Below, in pieces: positions 38,120 to 53,639 of a stretch of DNA of 64,000 nt. How positions within the stretch are numbered: the stretch's first letter is position 1; every line of letters begins with the position of its first letter. A program made the translations under genes and the position numbers. Below the pieces are notes generated by a model that was not told the DNA's origin, did no database searches, and saw only the letters and a program-made list of their open reading frames with translations. Source of the DNA: Octopus sinensis (lineage: Eukaryota). Location of the stretch: contig NC_043020.1 of NCBI RefSeq assembly GCF_006345805.1, forward strand, positions 21,080,001 through 21,144,000. Direction: 5' to 3'.

Positions 38120-39790
38120 CTTACTATTAACCCAGCTTCCCAAACATGTGTAAGTACCAGTAGAAAATTCTAGCAGACAAGGTGTCCAGTACTAAGGAGT
38201 GGCAGAAATAGCCTGAAACCAGGACTGGTCTACTGGTCCTATTGCTAGGAGATGGTAGGAGTTCACTGCCCTGCTCACAATTTTATTGGATGAAGCTGAG
38301 CATTCTTAACCAACTAGAAGAGATGTACTCTTGGTGTTAAAAAATCACAGTAGAGTCCACTCAAACAGACAGCCATGTTAAAGTGGCTATGAATATTACT
38401 TTTCAGTACAACTACTGTATTGATCTCTTAGAGTGATTTTAGAACTAGCATTTTTGCTTGTTGCAAAATCAGCAACTGTGTGTTCGCTTGAAATATATAT
38501 ATTGCATGCAGGTAAAGAACATAGTATAAGATTTTCTGAGCAGGGAACACTGATGGTGTCAGAGGTGTGGAGAAATGGGTTGATAAGGTAATCAAGGTAG
38601 TAAGAATCTGTGACAGAATACTTTAGATTAGTGCTGCAACATGGTTTAGCAACCATTATCTCAGCCTATGCCCCTCAGCCGGGGGCTACCTAATGAACAA
38701 AAAGACCAATTTTATGATACCCTCTTGCAGACTACCTCGTCGATGAATGACAGGGACCTTCTCTTTGTGGCTGGTGACTTCAATGGGCATGTTGGACAAC
38801 ATGCAGGGGCCTTCCATGGCATACATGGAGGCTACGGTTTTGGTTCCCACAATGAGGAGGGAACCAGGCTGCTGGATTCTGTGATGCAAATGATCTTATG
38901 GTTTGTAACACTTACTTCAGGAAACCTGCCAGTTACCTATTCACCTACCAATCTGGTAAACACACTGGTCAAATTGACTACATCCTCACCAGGAAATGGG
39001 AAAGATGGCTACTTATAAATACCGAAACCTTCCCAGGTGAAGAATGCACCCCACAACATAGATAAGGTTAGGTAGCAACTTCAGGATCAGGGCTAAATGG
39101 ATGACCAGCATAGAGAAGAAGGGTCTAGAAGCTTAAGGATCCTGTGAATGGTCAGAGATTTGGAGACATATTACTCAAAGCTTTTGACAAAATAGAGCGC
39201 TGTATAGCATCACATGATGTAGAAGACAACTGGAGGTGTCTTGGATGGTGCAGATCTGTGGATGGTGCAAAGTCCCCTCTCAACCCAAGGTAATGTGGTG
39301 GTGGAGCAACGTAGTTGACAGAACCATTAGGGAAAAGAAACAGGCATGGAAAGACTGGAAAAATGGTGGTAGCAGGGAACTGTATCTGATCGCCAGAAGG
39401 GAAGCTAGGAGACAGGTTTATTTAGCCAGAGGGGAAGCAGATAAGAAAAAAATTGCCAATGTTCTGCATTATGAGGACCAAAGATTTGAAATGTTTCATG
39501 TTGCAAGACAGTGTGTGAGAGAAAATCATGATGTCATAGGAGGAAAATGTGTCTGCATGGATGATAGCTCACTTGCATTTCATGAGGCTGCAAGGAGAGA
39601 GACTTGGAGACACCACTATGAAAGGTTGCTAAATGAAGAGAACAAATTGGAGAAAGAGAGTCTGCTAAATGTCAACCCAACAGAGGGACCAGCTATCCAG
39701 ATTGACAGTACCTTGGTAGATAAAGCAATTTGAAGACAGAGAAAGCTCCCGGCCCATCAGTAATCAAGGACTACATTATCCACTGTAATC
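38120..39790 (+). mobile_element. RTE-clade LINE fragment (APE plus linker)
   Basis: KDQFYDTL..LFVAGDFNGHVG..GGYGFGSHNEEG; WWWSNVVDRTIREKKQAWKDWK; WRHHYERLLNEEN. Confidence 0.82.
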
Positions 39791-40579
39791 CTCATTTTTT
39801 TCTCCTCCTCATCATCACCATCTATATGATTGGAGTCAGTTCTTATTTGAAGTTGCTACCCTCCTAAATAGCTCAGGTGTCACATTTCGTATTTTCCTTG
39901 TGGGAAATTTGGTTACTATTTCCAACAGATCCCAGAACCTGGAAGCATGTGATTGGGAAACTTATTTTTATTTTGATTAAAATACCAGTGACTTGAGAGT
40001 AAAACATCTCTTACAGTTCACCTGCATCTAGCATCTCTGACTGTCACTCACTCCCACTCTCTTGTTTGATGGCTGATGTGAAACACACTGCATTTTATTA
40101 AATGTAAGATAAGATTAATTTAGCATTAAGAAAACAGAATGAACTTTTAACTACAAAAGACAAGCTGAACAACTAAGCAGGGATACTGTTGCAGCAAGTA
40201 GAAATGTTGTTGGATAATTTAGAAAACTTAAACTGTTATAAGACAAGTATAAAAAATAAGCAAAATACTTTCAGCTCATGTCAAATGATATGGAAAGGAC
40301 ATTTTCTAAAGTGGAACAAATTCAACAGCTTCAAATGGTAAATTGTTAGTCACAAAACAAAAGTATATTTATTAGGGTGTTTGGAAAATAATTTGCATTT
40401 TACCAGAAATTATATAAAAGCTATGTTTATCTGAACAGTTTTTATCGAAAATGTAATCACAATTGTTTTCACTGACTTCAGTCCAACAGGAAAGTAACTC
40501 TTTTGTGTTACATTCAAAGAAATGACTTATTGGTCTGAAGCACTTATTTAAGGAAACCAGCCAGCCAGCCAACCACCTA

Positions 40580-41400
40580 ATCACTTATCAATCTGGTGGG
40601 CACACAAGCCAGATTGGCTACATTCTCACCATAAACAAAGATAGAGGCTTATAAATGTGAAGAATATGCAGCCCAACATAAGTTGGCAGTTAGTAACTTC
40701 AGACTTAGGGTTAGATGGACTCAGAAGCACAAACTAGTCTTAAAAAGGAAGATAAGGAAGCTTAAAGATCCATGAAACAGCCAGAGACTTAGAGACGTTC
40801 TGATTAAAGTGTTTGATGACAAAATAAAAGGAGATAGTGATGTGTAATGTAGAGGATAACTGGAAGTTCTTGTAAGACAACTTTCTGCAAGCTGCAGACC
40901 AAGGTTTCTGTCAGAGTGAGGGTGACATGGTTGTGAAACAGTGAGGTAGACAGGGGCATAAAAGCAAAGAGATGGGCTTGGAAAGACTGGAAAAAGGAAG
41001 CAGGAAAAGTAAATTAAAAATGGAGGTAGCTAGGAGCGAATTTAAGCAATACATTTATCTTGCAAGGACAGAAGCAGAAAGAGGTTTATTAATGTCAACC
41101 AGAAATGAGAGTTGTTCTGGATTGCTAGAGAGGGTATCAGAGAGGATCAAGATGTTGTGGAAGAGAAGTGTGTGTGGATAGATAATGGCATGCTCACACT
41201 TAGTGACTCTGAAAAAAAAAATGAAGTGTGGAAATGCTACTATGAAAAGTTTTTACATGTGAATGCAAGAGAAAGGCCAGCTATTCTAGTTGACAGCAAA
41301 ATGACAGATAAGACCATTAAGAATACGAAGACAGGAAAATCCCCCTGGTCTATTGGGAATTCTGCAATTTTTAAAATATCTGGAGGAGCAGGATATAGAT
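40580..41400 (+). mobile_element. RTE-clade LINE fragment, same family as 38120-39790 and 59905-61920
   Basis: IAREGIREDQDVVEEKCV..WKCYYEKFLHV..KTGKSP. Confidence 0.78.
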
Positions 41401-41750
41401 GAATGTGTACTGCAACTGAATCAACTAAATGCACATAAGTGCTACATCAAAGAACATTAGCACACATATCTAGCAGAAACATGTGTCAAGTTGAAATTTG
41501 ATGAGAATAATACTGTAATAAACTAGGTTTGAAGGTGTATAATTTTCCATTCTTTTTTAAGATTTCTTGATTATATACTCTGTATGCTGTATCAAATCCA
41601 ATAAAGCAAACTCAGGACTTACCTATCAAGTGAAGTACCATGTAATTGTTTATCTTAAACACTTCTGTATGCTCCTTATCATTCAATGTGGTTAACCAGA
41701 TCTAGATTATATCAGAATGATCTTTCTCAATGAGCACATTTGTCTTGGTT

Positions 41751-41820
41751 ACTTTAAAAGAAAACCATAGATTAATTGAATTGTAAAAAATTCAATTAAT
41801 CTATAGTTTTCTTTTAAAGT
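41751..41820. repeat. 70-bp hairpin with 32-bp arms, 1 mismatch and a 6-nt loop
   Basis: ACTTTAAAAGAAAACCATAGATTAATTGAATT-GTAAAA-AATTCAATTAATCTATAGTTTTCTTTTAAAGT. Confidence 0.9.
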
Positions 41821-42499
41821 AGCATATTTCTTGCCTTACTCTTCCACTTTTGACCTAACTTTTTTGTTAATGAATCAGTCCCACCCATGCCAGCATGGAA
41901 GGCAGCCATTAAATGATGATGATGATGAATCAATTTTTAATTATCTGATCTCAAAGTATAACTGGAGCCTGGCCCATCACTGCTAAAAAAAATTTGCCCA
42001 CTGCCGTGGATGGATGATGTATTCAAGTATGAATTACAAACAGTGCAAGTGTTGTAAACATTACTGAACACACAAAATATATGTGCTTTGCTTGTTTACT
42101 GGTTGGCTGTAATTCTCAAAACAGTAGGTGTTAAAAGATCTAAAAGTCATAGTCATAGACAGGCAAGACAACTCACCCCAAGTTTCATTCAGGAATGATG
42201 AACATTGATGTTTCACCAATTTTGTGGCTTATCAACATCATGCACCTGAATTGAACTAAAGGCAAATTGAATAGCCTGTGCATGACTATATGTAAAATGG
42301 TGTAAAAACCATCAACTGGTATGCTCAAACAATGCATACATAAGGATAAATTCAAATATGAATTACAATTGGTGTGAGTGTCCATGTCTATGACTTTTAG
42401 GTGTTATAACATTCAACACTTTGAGAAAATCATCTCCACTGTGTCATCACGTTCATTAATGCTTGTTAGAACATCATTCCTGTCACTTTTTCTCATCTT

Positions 42500-44500
42500 T
42501 CTTTTGATCTTTGCATGCTCCATTCTCTTCCTTTCATATTCCTTTTTGCCTTCTTACACAACTTTTTTCATTTTTCTCAGCACTGTGTTAAATCTTCCCA
42601 GTTGTCAATTGGAACATTTATCTTATTCAGTCCCAACTTCTGACAATCTTTGTACCTCATCTTTGGTTTGTGGGATGGACACTTACCTGTCACAAATTCT
42701 CAGTAAAAATGTTGTTTAGACATTCTGTTGTTTGTCATTCTGACTAAGTGTTACTCCATTTCAATCTGTACTGCAATAGCAAAGCTTCAGTACTGAAGCT
42801 TTTCCCTCTTTCAAGCACCTCATCATCTCTCACAAACATTTTCCAGCTGATCCTCAAAATCCTTCTGTGGCATTGTTGATGAAAACATTCCATAAGTGCT
42901 TACGATACACAGTCCATGTTTCGCAAGCATACAATAAAGAGGTTAAGGTACATGTATTGTATACCTTAATCTTTGTCGCAGTGGAAATACCATGTCTACA
43001 CCATAGGTGATCTTCCAGTTTGCCAAACGCAAAACTGACTTTCTGAATGCATAGTGACGTGATTCACTGATGCTTAGTGACATGATTTACTCTTGTATTT
43101 AGTGTGCTCCCTAAGTAAACAAACTTAGAAACCACAGCAAGTTTTCTTCTATACATGAAGATATCATGTTCTATGTATGACATTCCTGGTGCTGGCTGAA
43201 ACATGACAATAGTTTTAGTAAGATTTATGGTTAAGCCAAGTGCCTCACAAACCATTGAAATTGCATTCATAAGATTTTGCATGTCCTCCTCAGTATGAGT
43301 GATAATATCACAATCATCTGCATAGAGGAGGTCTCTAATAAGAGTTGAGGACGTCCTTGACTTAGCTGACAGTCTTCTGATGTTAAAGATTTTTCCTGCT
43401 GTGCGATATCTAATATATCTGCCTTCATAGGAGCCTTTGAAAGCCAATTGAAAAACTATAGTAAAATAGAGGGTGAAGAGAGTGGGTACTAGTATGTCAC
43501 TTTGTTTAACCTCATTCATGACAGAGTTAGACTATGAGAGCTTTCCACCAAGTTGATCCTTACTTCCATGCCATCATGAAACTGCTTCAGAATAGTAAGA
43601 AACTTTACTGGGCATCCAAGTCTCCTCAAGATCTCCCACAAGGCAGTTCGATTGATAGAGTCAAAAGCCTTAGTAAGATCAATGAATACCTGATAAAGTC
43701 CTATTTGCTGTTCAACACACTTTTCCTGTAATTACTGTGCAGAGATGATCATGTCAACAGTACTCCTTCCATTTCTGACTCCACTCTGTGATTCAGCAAG
43801 AGTCTCATTAGCCACATATATCTGCAGCCGGTCCAACATTATTCGTGATAAAACTTTGCCAGCTGTAGCAAACAGGTAAATACCACGAAAGTTATTGCAT
43901 TCATCCTTTTGTCCCTTACCCTTGAACACAACTTCCATGACTGCAGTCTTCCAGTTTTTTGGCATAACTTCATTTTTCCATATTTTCTGTATTACTCCTG
44001 TTGGCATGTCTAGCAGTAGTACCCCCAAAACTTAAATAGTTCTACATTCAGACTATCAACTCCCAGTGCTTTGCCATTGTTCAGCTTTGATACTGCTTTT
44101 ATTGTTTCCTCCATTGACGGGGTGTCATCTAAGCACTCAATGGGTGCATTCTGTGGAATCATATCAATACTTTTTTCACCAGCAACTGATGGTCGATTCA
44201 GAAGTTCATTGAAATGTTCCTCCCATCATTTTAAGATGTTTTTGGGCTCCCTCAATAAAACACCATTCCTATATTCTTCACATAAGCCAAAGTAGGACAT
44301 GAAGGAGAGTATATAACTTAGTGTTCTTAACATTGGAAGCAGCCTCTATCTCTTCTACTTTCTTCCACCACCAAGTATCCTGCATGCTTCACTATACAGA
44401 AATCTCTCTTACCTCGCTTTCTAGTTATCATATAGTCTATCAGGTGCCATTGTTTTGAACTGGGGTGCATCCATGTAGTTTTGAACTTACCTTTTTGTTA
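42500..44500 (-). mobile_element. RTE/BovB-like LINE, degraded RT
   Basis: KGQKDECNNFRGIYL..AGKVLSRIML..AESQSGVRNGRSTVDMI; VKQSDILVPTLFTLYF..DLLYADDC; LLYACETWTVYR. Confidence 0.85.
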
Positions 44501-45109
44501 AAATGTAGTGCTCATAATAAATAGATTCAGCTCAGAACACATCTGTAACAAAACTAAGCCATTGCTGTTACAATTTCCTACTCCGTGTCTTCCAACCACA
44601 CCCCATGTCTCAAATCTTTACCAACTCTAGCATGAAAATCGCCCAATATGATAATCTTATCCTCATGTATGTAACCTGTTTGTAAGCTCATGTGTCCATG
44701 TGTAAATATGCATATATTTTGATAGCTTTGCATACATATACATGTATGCATTTAACATGTCTGCAATTAGCAAGATCATTTACTGTAGAAAATAACATAA
44801 TGTAGAATAAGGAGTGAATCATTGACTTACAGCACACTCGTATATATTAAAAGAAATCAAACCTGTAAAATATTTGGGAGATGATAAATATATTTTTCTT
44901 ATTTTCCTGTCCTTTTGACATTTTTATTTACATCCTCATATTCTCATTAACAACTTTCATCATGTCCATTTTTCAACAATATCTCCAATTGGTAAAATCA
45001 AATATTCATCAATAAAAACCAAAATGTTGTAATTTTCATACAGTTTAGTAAAACGCTCAATAGCGTTATTAATAGCTCAAAACTTCTAATATATATATAT
45101 ATATATATA

Positions 45110-45500
45110 TCAAGGAATACAAAAAATGGGACAAGAATGCAAAACATCCAGACAAATGATACAAAAGAGGGACAAGACAAAACACAGATGGGTCATTCAA
45201 AGTTTTCTTTCTTCAGTCAAGTTCCACATTATCTTCACAATTTCAGCTGGTTATACTTGATATTGCTCCAATATGGCTAGCCCCAAGGAAAAACTAAGCT
45301 AAGAGCATTAGATTTTTTGGGAAAAAGCAGCAAATGTATACAAAAACAAGGACGGGGAAAAAAATGGAGAAATGGTACACAAATACAAATGCAAATAACA
45401 GGACATAACAACAGGTGTCTTTCAACTGAGAACGAATTAAATTAAGCTGGCGTGTGTGAAAGTGAAGCCTTACAGCAGGCTTATAAGAGATGATAGGCAT
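45110..45500 (+). repeat. Diverged homologue of the element at 4717-5300
   Basis: AATACAAAAAATGGGACAAGAA..CTTCAGTCAAG..GGCTAGCCCCAAGG.AAAACTAAGC..GCATTAGATT..AAATGTATACAAAA. Confidence 0.75.
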
Positions 45501-45840
45501 GGGGAGGAATATAGATGTTGCATGGATGGTAGTCGAACCAAGAAAGAAAGGTCAGGCTTGGCCGAACACCAGTCACGTGGGGAGAGAGAAGACAGGTAGA
45601 GGCAGAGGGACAGAAGAATTAGGGAGGACGAAAAAAAGAAAGGGAGAGAGTGAAGTGAAAGAGGAGGGAATGTGAGAATGAAGAGAAAGCCAGGAAATGT
45701 GAGAGCGGGGGGGAATGAAAGAAAGAAGAGTGGAAAGAACGAAGTAAGTGTGAAGAGGCTGATAGAAAGAAAGAATGAAAGAGAGTTGTACAAAATTTAG
45801 ATATATAAATATATATGTATAGTAGATGCAGTCATTTGGC

Positions 45841-45879
<39 letters not shown>

Positions 45880-46693
45880 CATCATCATCATTTAACATCC
45901 ATGTTCCATGCAGGCATGGGTTTGACAGGATTTGATGGGCCCAAGGACTACATTGTGCTCCTGTGTTAATTTGGCATGCTTTATATGTGTGGATGCTTTT
46001 CCTAAAGCCAACCACTTTACAGCCTGTGTACTGGGTACTTTTTGTATGCCACAAGCACTATTAAGGTCACCATGTAGCTTGCAAGACTAAGAACCTTGAG
46101 TGGGAAGAGGAAACTTCTTTGCTTAAGAAATAGGGAGTTTAGAGGAGTAATGTAACGAGAGAAAAGAGCTAAAAGCAAAGCAGTTTTCTTGTAGAAGAGG
46201 AGCTGTATGACTGTTCACATTTTAGAGGAGGTGTGTGGAGCTTGAAATTGGGGAAAAAGTGTCAGAATGAACCTTCAGGGTACAAAGCAGCAGGAATGAG
46301 TAGGGCTGAAATGAGAGGGAAGAGTAGAGGATATCTACTGCTGGACAGCAGAATAAAAATGATGATACAGTAAATGGGCCAAAGAAAGAGAACTGACATG
46401 CTGTTGAGTGGGTTACTGAGTGGACAGGGAATAGTAAGAGGAAAGCATAGTGTATAAGAGGGGTGAAAGTATGGTGAGAGTTGGGGTAGGATCAAGGAAA
46501 ATGTGGGTGGAGATCAGAATTAATAGATGAATGATGGATAATAAACGAAGTGCTTCTGGTTAGTAAGTGAAGTTGTGCAAAGCAGGAATTGCAATGAAGG
46601 AGTTGATGGGTGGTGAAGCATTGTGAAGAGCAATTGTGCATATATGCACACACGCTCATGCACATGCACACACATGCACACACACACGCATGT

Positions 46694-46731
<38 letters not shown>

Positions 46732-47150
46732 ACTCAACCCTGCTGAAACTCAGTTATGCTGGCATGAATGGGTGTTCTTGAGAACTGTTTATTGCCAGTC
46801 TTCCAGGTCCTTTCTTACCTCCTCCATAAGGGTCAAGGTCCTGAGATCAACCTTCACCACTTGGTCAAGTGTATTCTTGGGTTTTTCTCTTCTGCAATTT
46901 CCATCCACTTTTAGTGATCAGTATTTCTTTAGGCAGCTCTCCTCATCCATACATTTTACATGTCCATACCAGCACAATCTTCTATCTTGTACACTATGAG
47001 AACATACTCTTATGCCCAGTTTTGCACATAGCACCTTTTTACTGTCTTCCATGCACACTTATATTGCACATGCTCACTTCATTTCTTTCCTCTCTTCTCG
47101 TGTCCTCCATATTCATGCATAGCATTTCTAACACAAGCATCATATAATCT
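45880..47150 (-). mobile_element. RTE 3' end fragments (about 45880-46090 and 46740-47150) separated by purine-rich low-complexity DNA
   Basis: (ATC)n tail plus GGATGCTTTTCCTAAAGCCAACCACTTTACAG. The second piece matches the RTE C-terminal region at 49000-49390. Confidence 0.65.
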
Positions 47151-47159
47151 GCTCTTCAC

Positions 47160-48434
47160 TCTAAAGTAAAAAATCTCCATCATCAACAGCAATAGGAGTG
47201 ATGCTAGAGCTTTGAAATCTTGCCTGCATTGGTTTCACCTCTTCTTCTTATTAATAACTGCATTGTTTCTTTCCAGGTAAATTGACATTTGACTGTTCAG
47301 AAAAACTTCAGAAGTAACTAGTAACGATTTCTCTTGAAAATGGACAAAATTTGGCATCATGTTGTTATCAAGTACCTGCAGAAAACGGGTTTAGCCCCTA
47401 AGGTCATTCATACTGACACGGTTGCTATATTAGGGGATGATGCTCCAGATTTATCAATAATGTAAAAGTGGACAGCTGAACAGGAGAAGAAGGGAGAGTC
47501 TTGAAGATGACCCAAGGTCTGGATATCCTACAACTGCCACCATTGAAGAAAACATAGATTGTGTTCACCACATGCTGATGGATGACAGGTGATTGACTAC
47601 AAATCAAATAGCTAATGTTATTAGCATATCCTGTGAGAGAGTTGAGAATATTCTGCTCAATGAACTTAGCAAGATGAAAGTTTCTGCTCAGTGGGTATCA
47701 TGTCCTCTGGCACCTGATCGAAAGCACACCAAGCTGATTACATTATGGGAAGAATCTGACAAATCAGGCTGCTTTCCTTGAACATTTCCTAACCCAGGAT
47801 GAGTATTGGCTTTATCACTTTGAGCCAGAGACAAAACAACAATCCATGCAGTGAAAACATCCCTCCTCACCTGCTCCAAAAATGGCCAAGATCATTTCTT
47901 TGGTAAGGAAGGTGATAGCCTCAGATTTTGGGGATGCAAAAGGCATTGTATTTATTGACTATTTTCAAGAGGACCACACCATCCGTGGAGAGTAATTATG
48001 CCAACTTGTTGAGGCAGTTATGAAAGGCTATCAAGATCAAACACCAAGGAAAACTGACAAAAGGGGTCTTGTTTCATCAGGACAATACTTGAGCACACAA
48101 GTCCTTGGTTTCAATTACTGCTGTGCACGACTGTGGCTTTAACTGGTTGATCAGCCTCCCTATTCTTCTGATTTGGTCCCATCTGACTATCATCTGTTCC
48201 CCAGCAGGAAAAACACTTGGGTGGGAACCAGTATCACAGTGATGATGAGATCATATCATGACTTTTTTGACCAACAGGATGAAAGCTTCTTCACCAGTGA
48301 GATCCAAGCACTGCAACACCAATGGAAGAAGTCTGTGGATTGTAAGGAGGTCTATGTTGTAAACTAAACTGCATTTGGTCACATTCCATGAGAATATCTT
48401 GGTCAGCCTAAGAACTTTTCAGCTGACCCTCATA
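47160..48434 (+). mobile_element. mariner (DD34D-like) transposon remnant
   Basis: ATG at 47340 (MDKIWHHVVIKYL); AQWVSCPL; TQDEYWLYHFEPETKQQSMQ; FHQDN; PYSSDLVPSDYHLFP; 3' TIR AAGAACTTTTCAGCTGACCCTCATA. Confidence 0.85.
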
Positions 48435-48744
48435 TATAAGACACAGCTCAAATGTTGCAGGAGACTTCATTTGAGAACTAAACCTGAGTTTCAAGGTGAG
48501 CTATGGATCTTGTAGCAATGAAAGAAGACATTATCTTGGGAGATGCATTGAACATATAGTCATGAAGAAAGAGTAATAGAAAGAAAAACTCAAGCCTCAT
48601 AGAAACAAAAGAATAAATTATCTTAGAAGAGAAATTTAATCATTCTCTTTCCTCATAATTGGGTGTGTGGGTGTGTGTGCGTGCATGCAGATATATACTA
48701 GTGCTTTACACCTAAAATAAGGTAGTACTTTGTTTCATTGAAAT

Positions 48745-49390
48745 CATCATCATTATCCTCATTTAGCATGTTTTCCGAGCTGACATGGGTTAGATGGTTT
48801 GACTGGAACTGGTAAGCTGGAGAGCTGTACCAGGCTCCAGTCTGATTTTAGCCTGGTTTTACAGTTGGATGTCCTTCCTAATGCTAACCACTCCAAGAGT
48901 ATAGTGGGTACCTTTTACGTGTCACTGTCACAGGTGTCTTTTATATGTCACTGGCACTGTCCATGATTTCACTTGGCCTGACGAGTCGTCTCAAGTACAG
49001 CAACTCCAACAAAGGCTTCAATCATTTGTCATCACCTCCATGAGACCCAACATCTGAAGATCATGCTTTGCCACCTTGTTCTATGTCTTCCTGGATCTTC
49101 CTCTTCCACAGGTTCCCTCCACATTTAATGATCGGCACTTCTTTACACAGCTGTTCTCATCCATACACATCACATGACCTTACCAGAGCAGTCTTCTCTC
49201 TTGCACACCACATCTGACACCATCTTATGCCCATTTTTTCTCTCAAGACACTAATACACTCTGTTGTACACGCACACTAACATTGCACATCCAGCAAAGC
49301 ATACTAGCTTCATTTCTTTCAAGCCTTTGCATATCCTCTGCAATCACAGTCCATGTTCTGCTACTGTGTAGCATGGCTGTCTACACGCAA
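48745..49390 (-). mobile_element. RTE-clade LINE 3' end
   Basis: (ATC)n tail and GGATGTCCTTCCTAATGCTAACCACTCC..GGGTACCTTTTACGTG UTR; C-terminal ORF remnants. Confidence 0.75.
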
Positions 49391-49909
49391 GTAATATAGG
49401 TGTAATTCAAGAAACAGTTAGGTAAAAGAAGGTGATTCATTATAGTAATATGAGAAACATTTAATAGATTATCATACACACATTTTAACTGTTTTTATTT
49501 CTGCATTCAACATTATATAGAAAAACCATAGACAGAAAATTTTGATAACTAATGTATATGTAGACAATAATTTTAGTGAATTTAACATTTTCATAATTGG
49601 GATGTTTGTGAGAGCCTCTTGGTGTAGTAAATTTCTGTCTGATGATTCCCCAGCTGATCGATTCCAAATATGTTAGCAGGGGAAGAAACTGAAATAAAAA
49701 CAGCGATAGTTAAATATATAACATTTCACAAGAACAGTAATAGATAGATATGTAGCATAGAAGCTTCATCATTTTCTTTCCATTCTGTAATAAACTTACT
49801 TCTGTTGAAAGCAGTGGCTAAAAATCTTTAAAAATCAGGTCAAGAAATCTATATATGTGTGTCTGTGTACATACATACACATATACATACACACATACAT
49901 ACATATATA

Positions 49910-51880
<1,971 letters not shown>

Positions 51881-52049
51881 ACATATAAACATGTATATAC
51901 ACAAATACGTACATACAGAGCAAGATAAAGAGGGCAGCAGTGAACTGAATGGGAAATTATATTACATGTATATATTTGAGAAAAATTAATATAGCAAGTG
52001 AAACTGGAAACTGCCATTTTGTCAGTTGTGATGAGGAAGCTTGCAGGTG

Positions 52050-52340
52050 ATGCAAACAACGGAATAGCCTGCTTGTAAAATTAACCTGTAAGTGACTGAG
52101 CACTCCACAGACATCTTGTGTACCCTTAACATAGTTCTCTGGGAGATTGAGCATGACACAGAATGTGATGAGAATGTGACAAGGCTGGCCCTTTGAAATA
52201 CAAGAACTACTCATTTTTGTCACCTGAGTGGACTGGAGCAACATGAAATAAAGTGTCTTGCTCAGGGGCGCAATACGTTGCCAGGAATCAAACTTATCAC
52301 TTTACAATCGTGAGCCAAATACCCTAATCACTAAGCCATA
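52050..52340 (-). mobile_element. SINE family 3 copy
   Basis: Reverse complement of the 27296-27610 type (GTGACAAGGCTGGCCCTTTGAAATACA..CTGAGTGGACTGGAGCAAC..ACTAAGCCA). Confidence 0.8.
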
Positions 52341-53639
52341 TGCAAGTATAATATACACGAGCATGTGTGTGTGTGTGTGTATGTATTTATGTGTGTATTC
52401 ACGTAAGTGTGTGTGTGTATATTTATGTGTGCATACATACAAGTGTGTTTGTCGCCGCTCCCCCACCCACATCATAATCATTATAATTATCATCATCACC
52501 AGCAACAGTATTCCACATTCCACAGTAACAACCTTAATAGATGTGTGTCTTATCGTCTTATCTTATCACTACCAGTATGCTACACATACCAGAACTAATG
52601 TATTTGTTAATTATCTAGTAAGAACTTAATACAACATATTTACTCACACTACCACCATCACCACTATCACCACCACTGCTGCTGTCGCCACCAACACCAT
52701 CATGTCTATCTACTCATACCACACCTGCTATTACCACAATAATATCACCACCACATATATTACATCATCATCACCACCACACTTGTAAATAAAACAATAT
52801 CACAACCTGTACAACTACCTGTGCTTCCACAACAATATCACCACTTCTACTAACACCCCAGCTTTCTAACATCGTCATATCACCAGTACCACTCTTATTA
52901 TTACATCACATCACCATTACCATTATAAGTATTACCACAACAATAGCACAAGTACAACAACAACACCTACCACAACAATATTTCCTCCATTACAACCACC
53001 CCTACAACACCAATGTCACCACAAACTTTTCTTACAATATCACTACCACCCTTTCTACCATTTTATCAATATCACAACCACCATCACCATCACTCAATAG
53101 TAACAATATCACCATCAACACCACCAACACCATCACCATGGCAATAACTCCCCCACACACACACTCAAACATACGACCGAGGTTGGCTCTATGCACTCAA
53201 TAAATTAGGATGTGCCAAAATCGGGGATGTCACAAATAACTCAGATGAAATTTCTTAATCCAATTAAAAACTTGTAGACTCAGTAATGGAGCAGGTGAGG
53301 TCAGATCAGGAACTAAAAAGCATGAAGAACATGGCTGGATGGTTATGAGAGAGAAAGGCTCATGTGGTCAAGATGCTTGTAGTTCATGGTTTTGTATGAA
53401 AGATCTCAGATTTGACCCAAAATAGATTTACTCTGCAATAAGTATGATGAAAGGCAGCTAATTAGCAGTCATTAATGCATTGGCTAAATTGCTTTGCAGT
53501 AATCTTTCCAATTCACTGTGCTCTGAGTTCAAATATCACCAAGGTCATCTTTGCCTTTCATCCTTTCAGGGTCAGTAAATAAAATGATTCACAAAAAAAA
53601 CACTTCCCAATGTGTACATTTAGATACAACTAGAATTAA

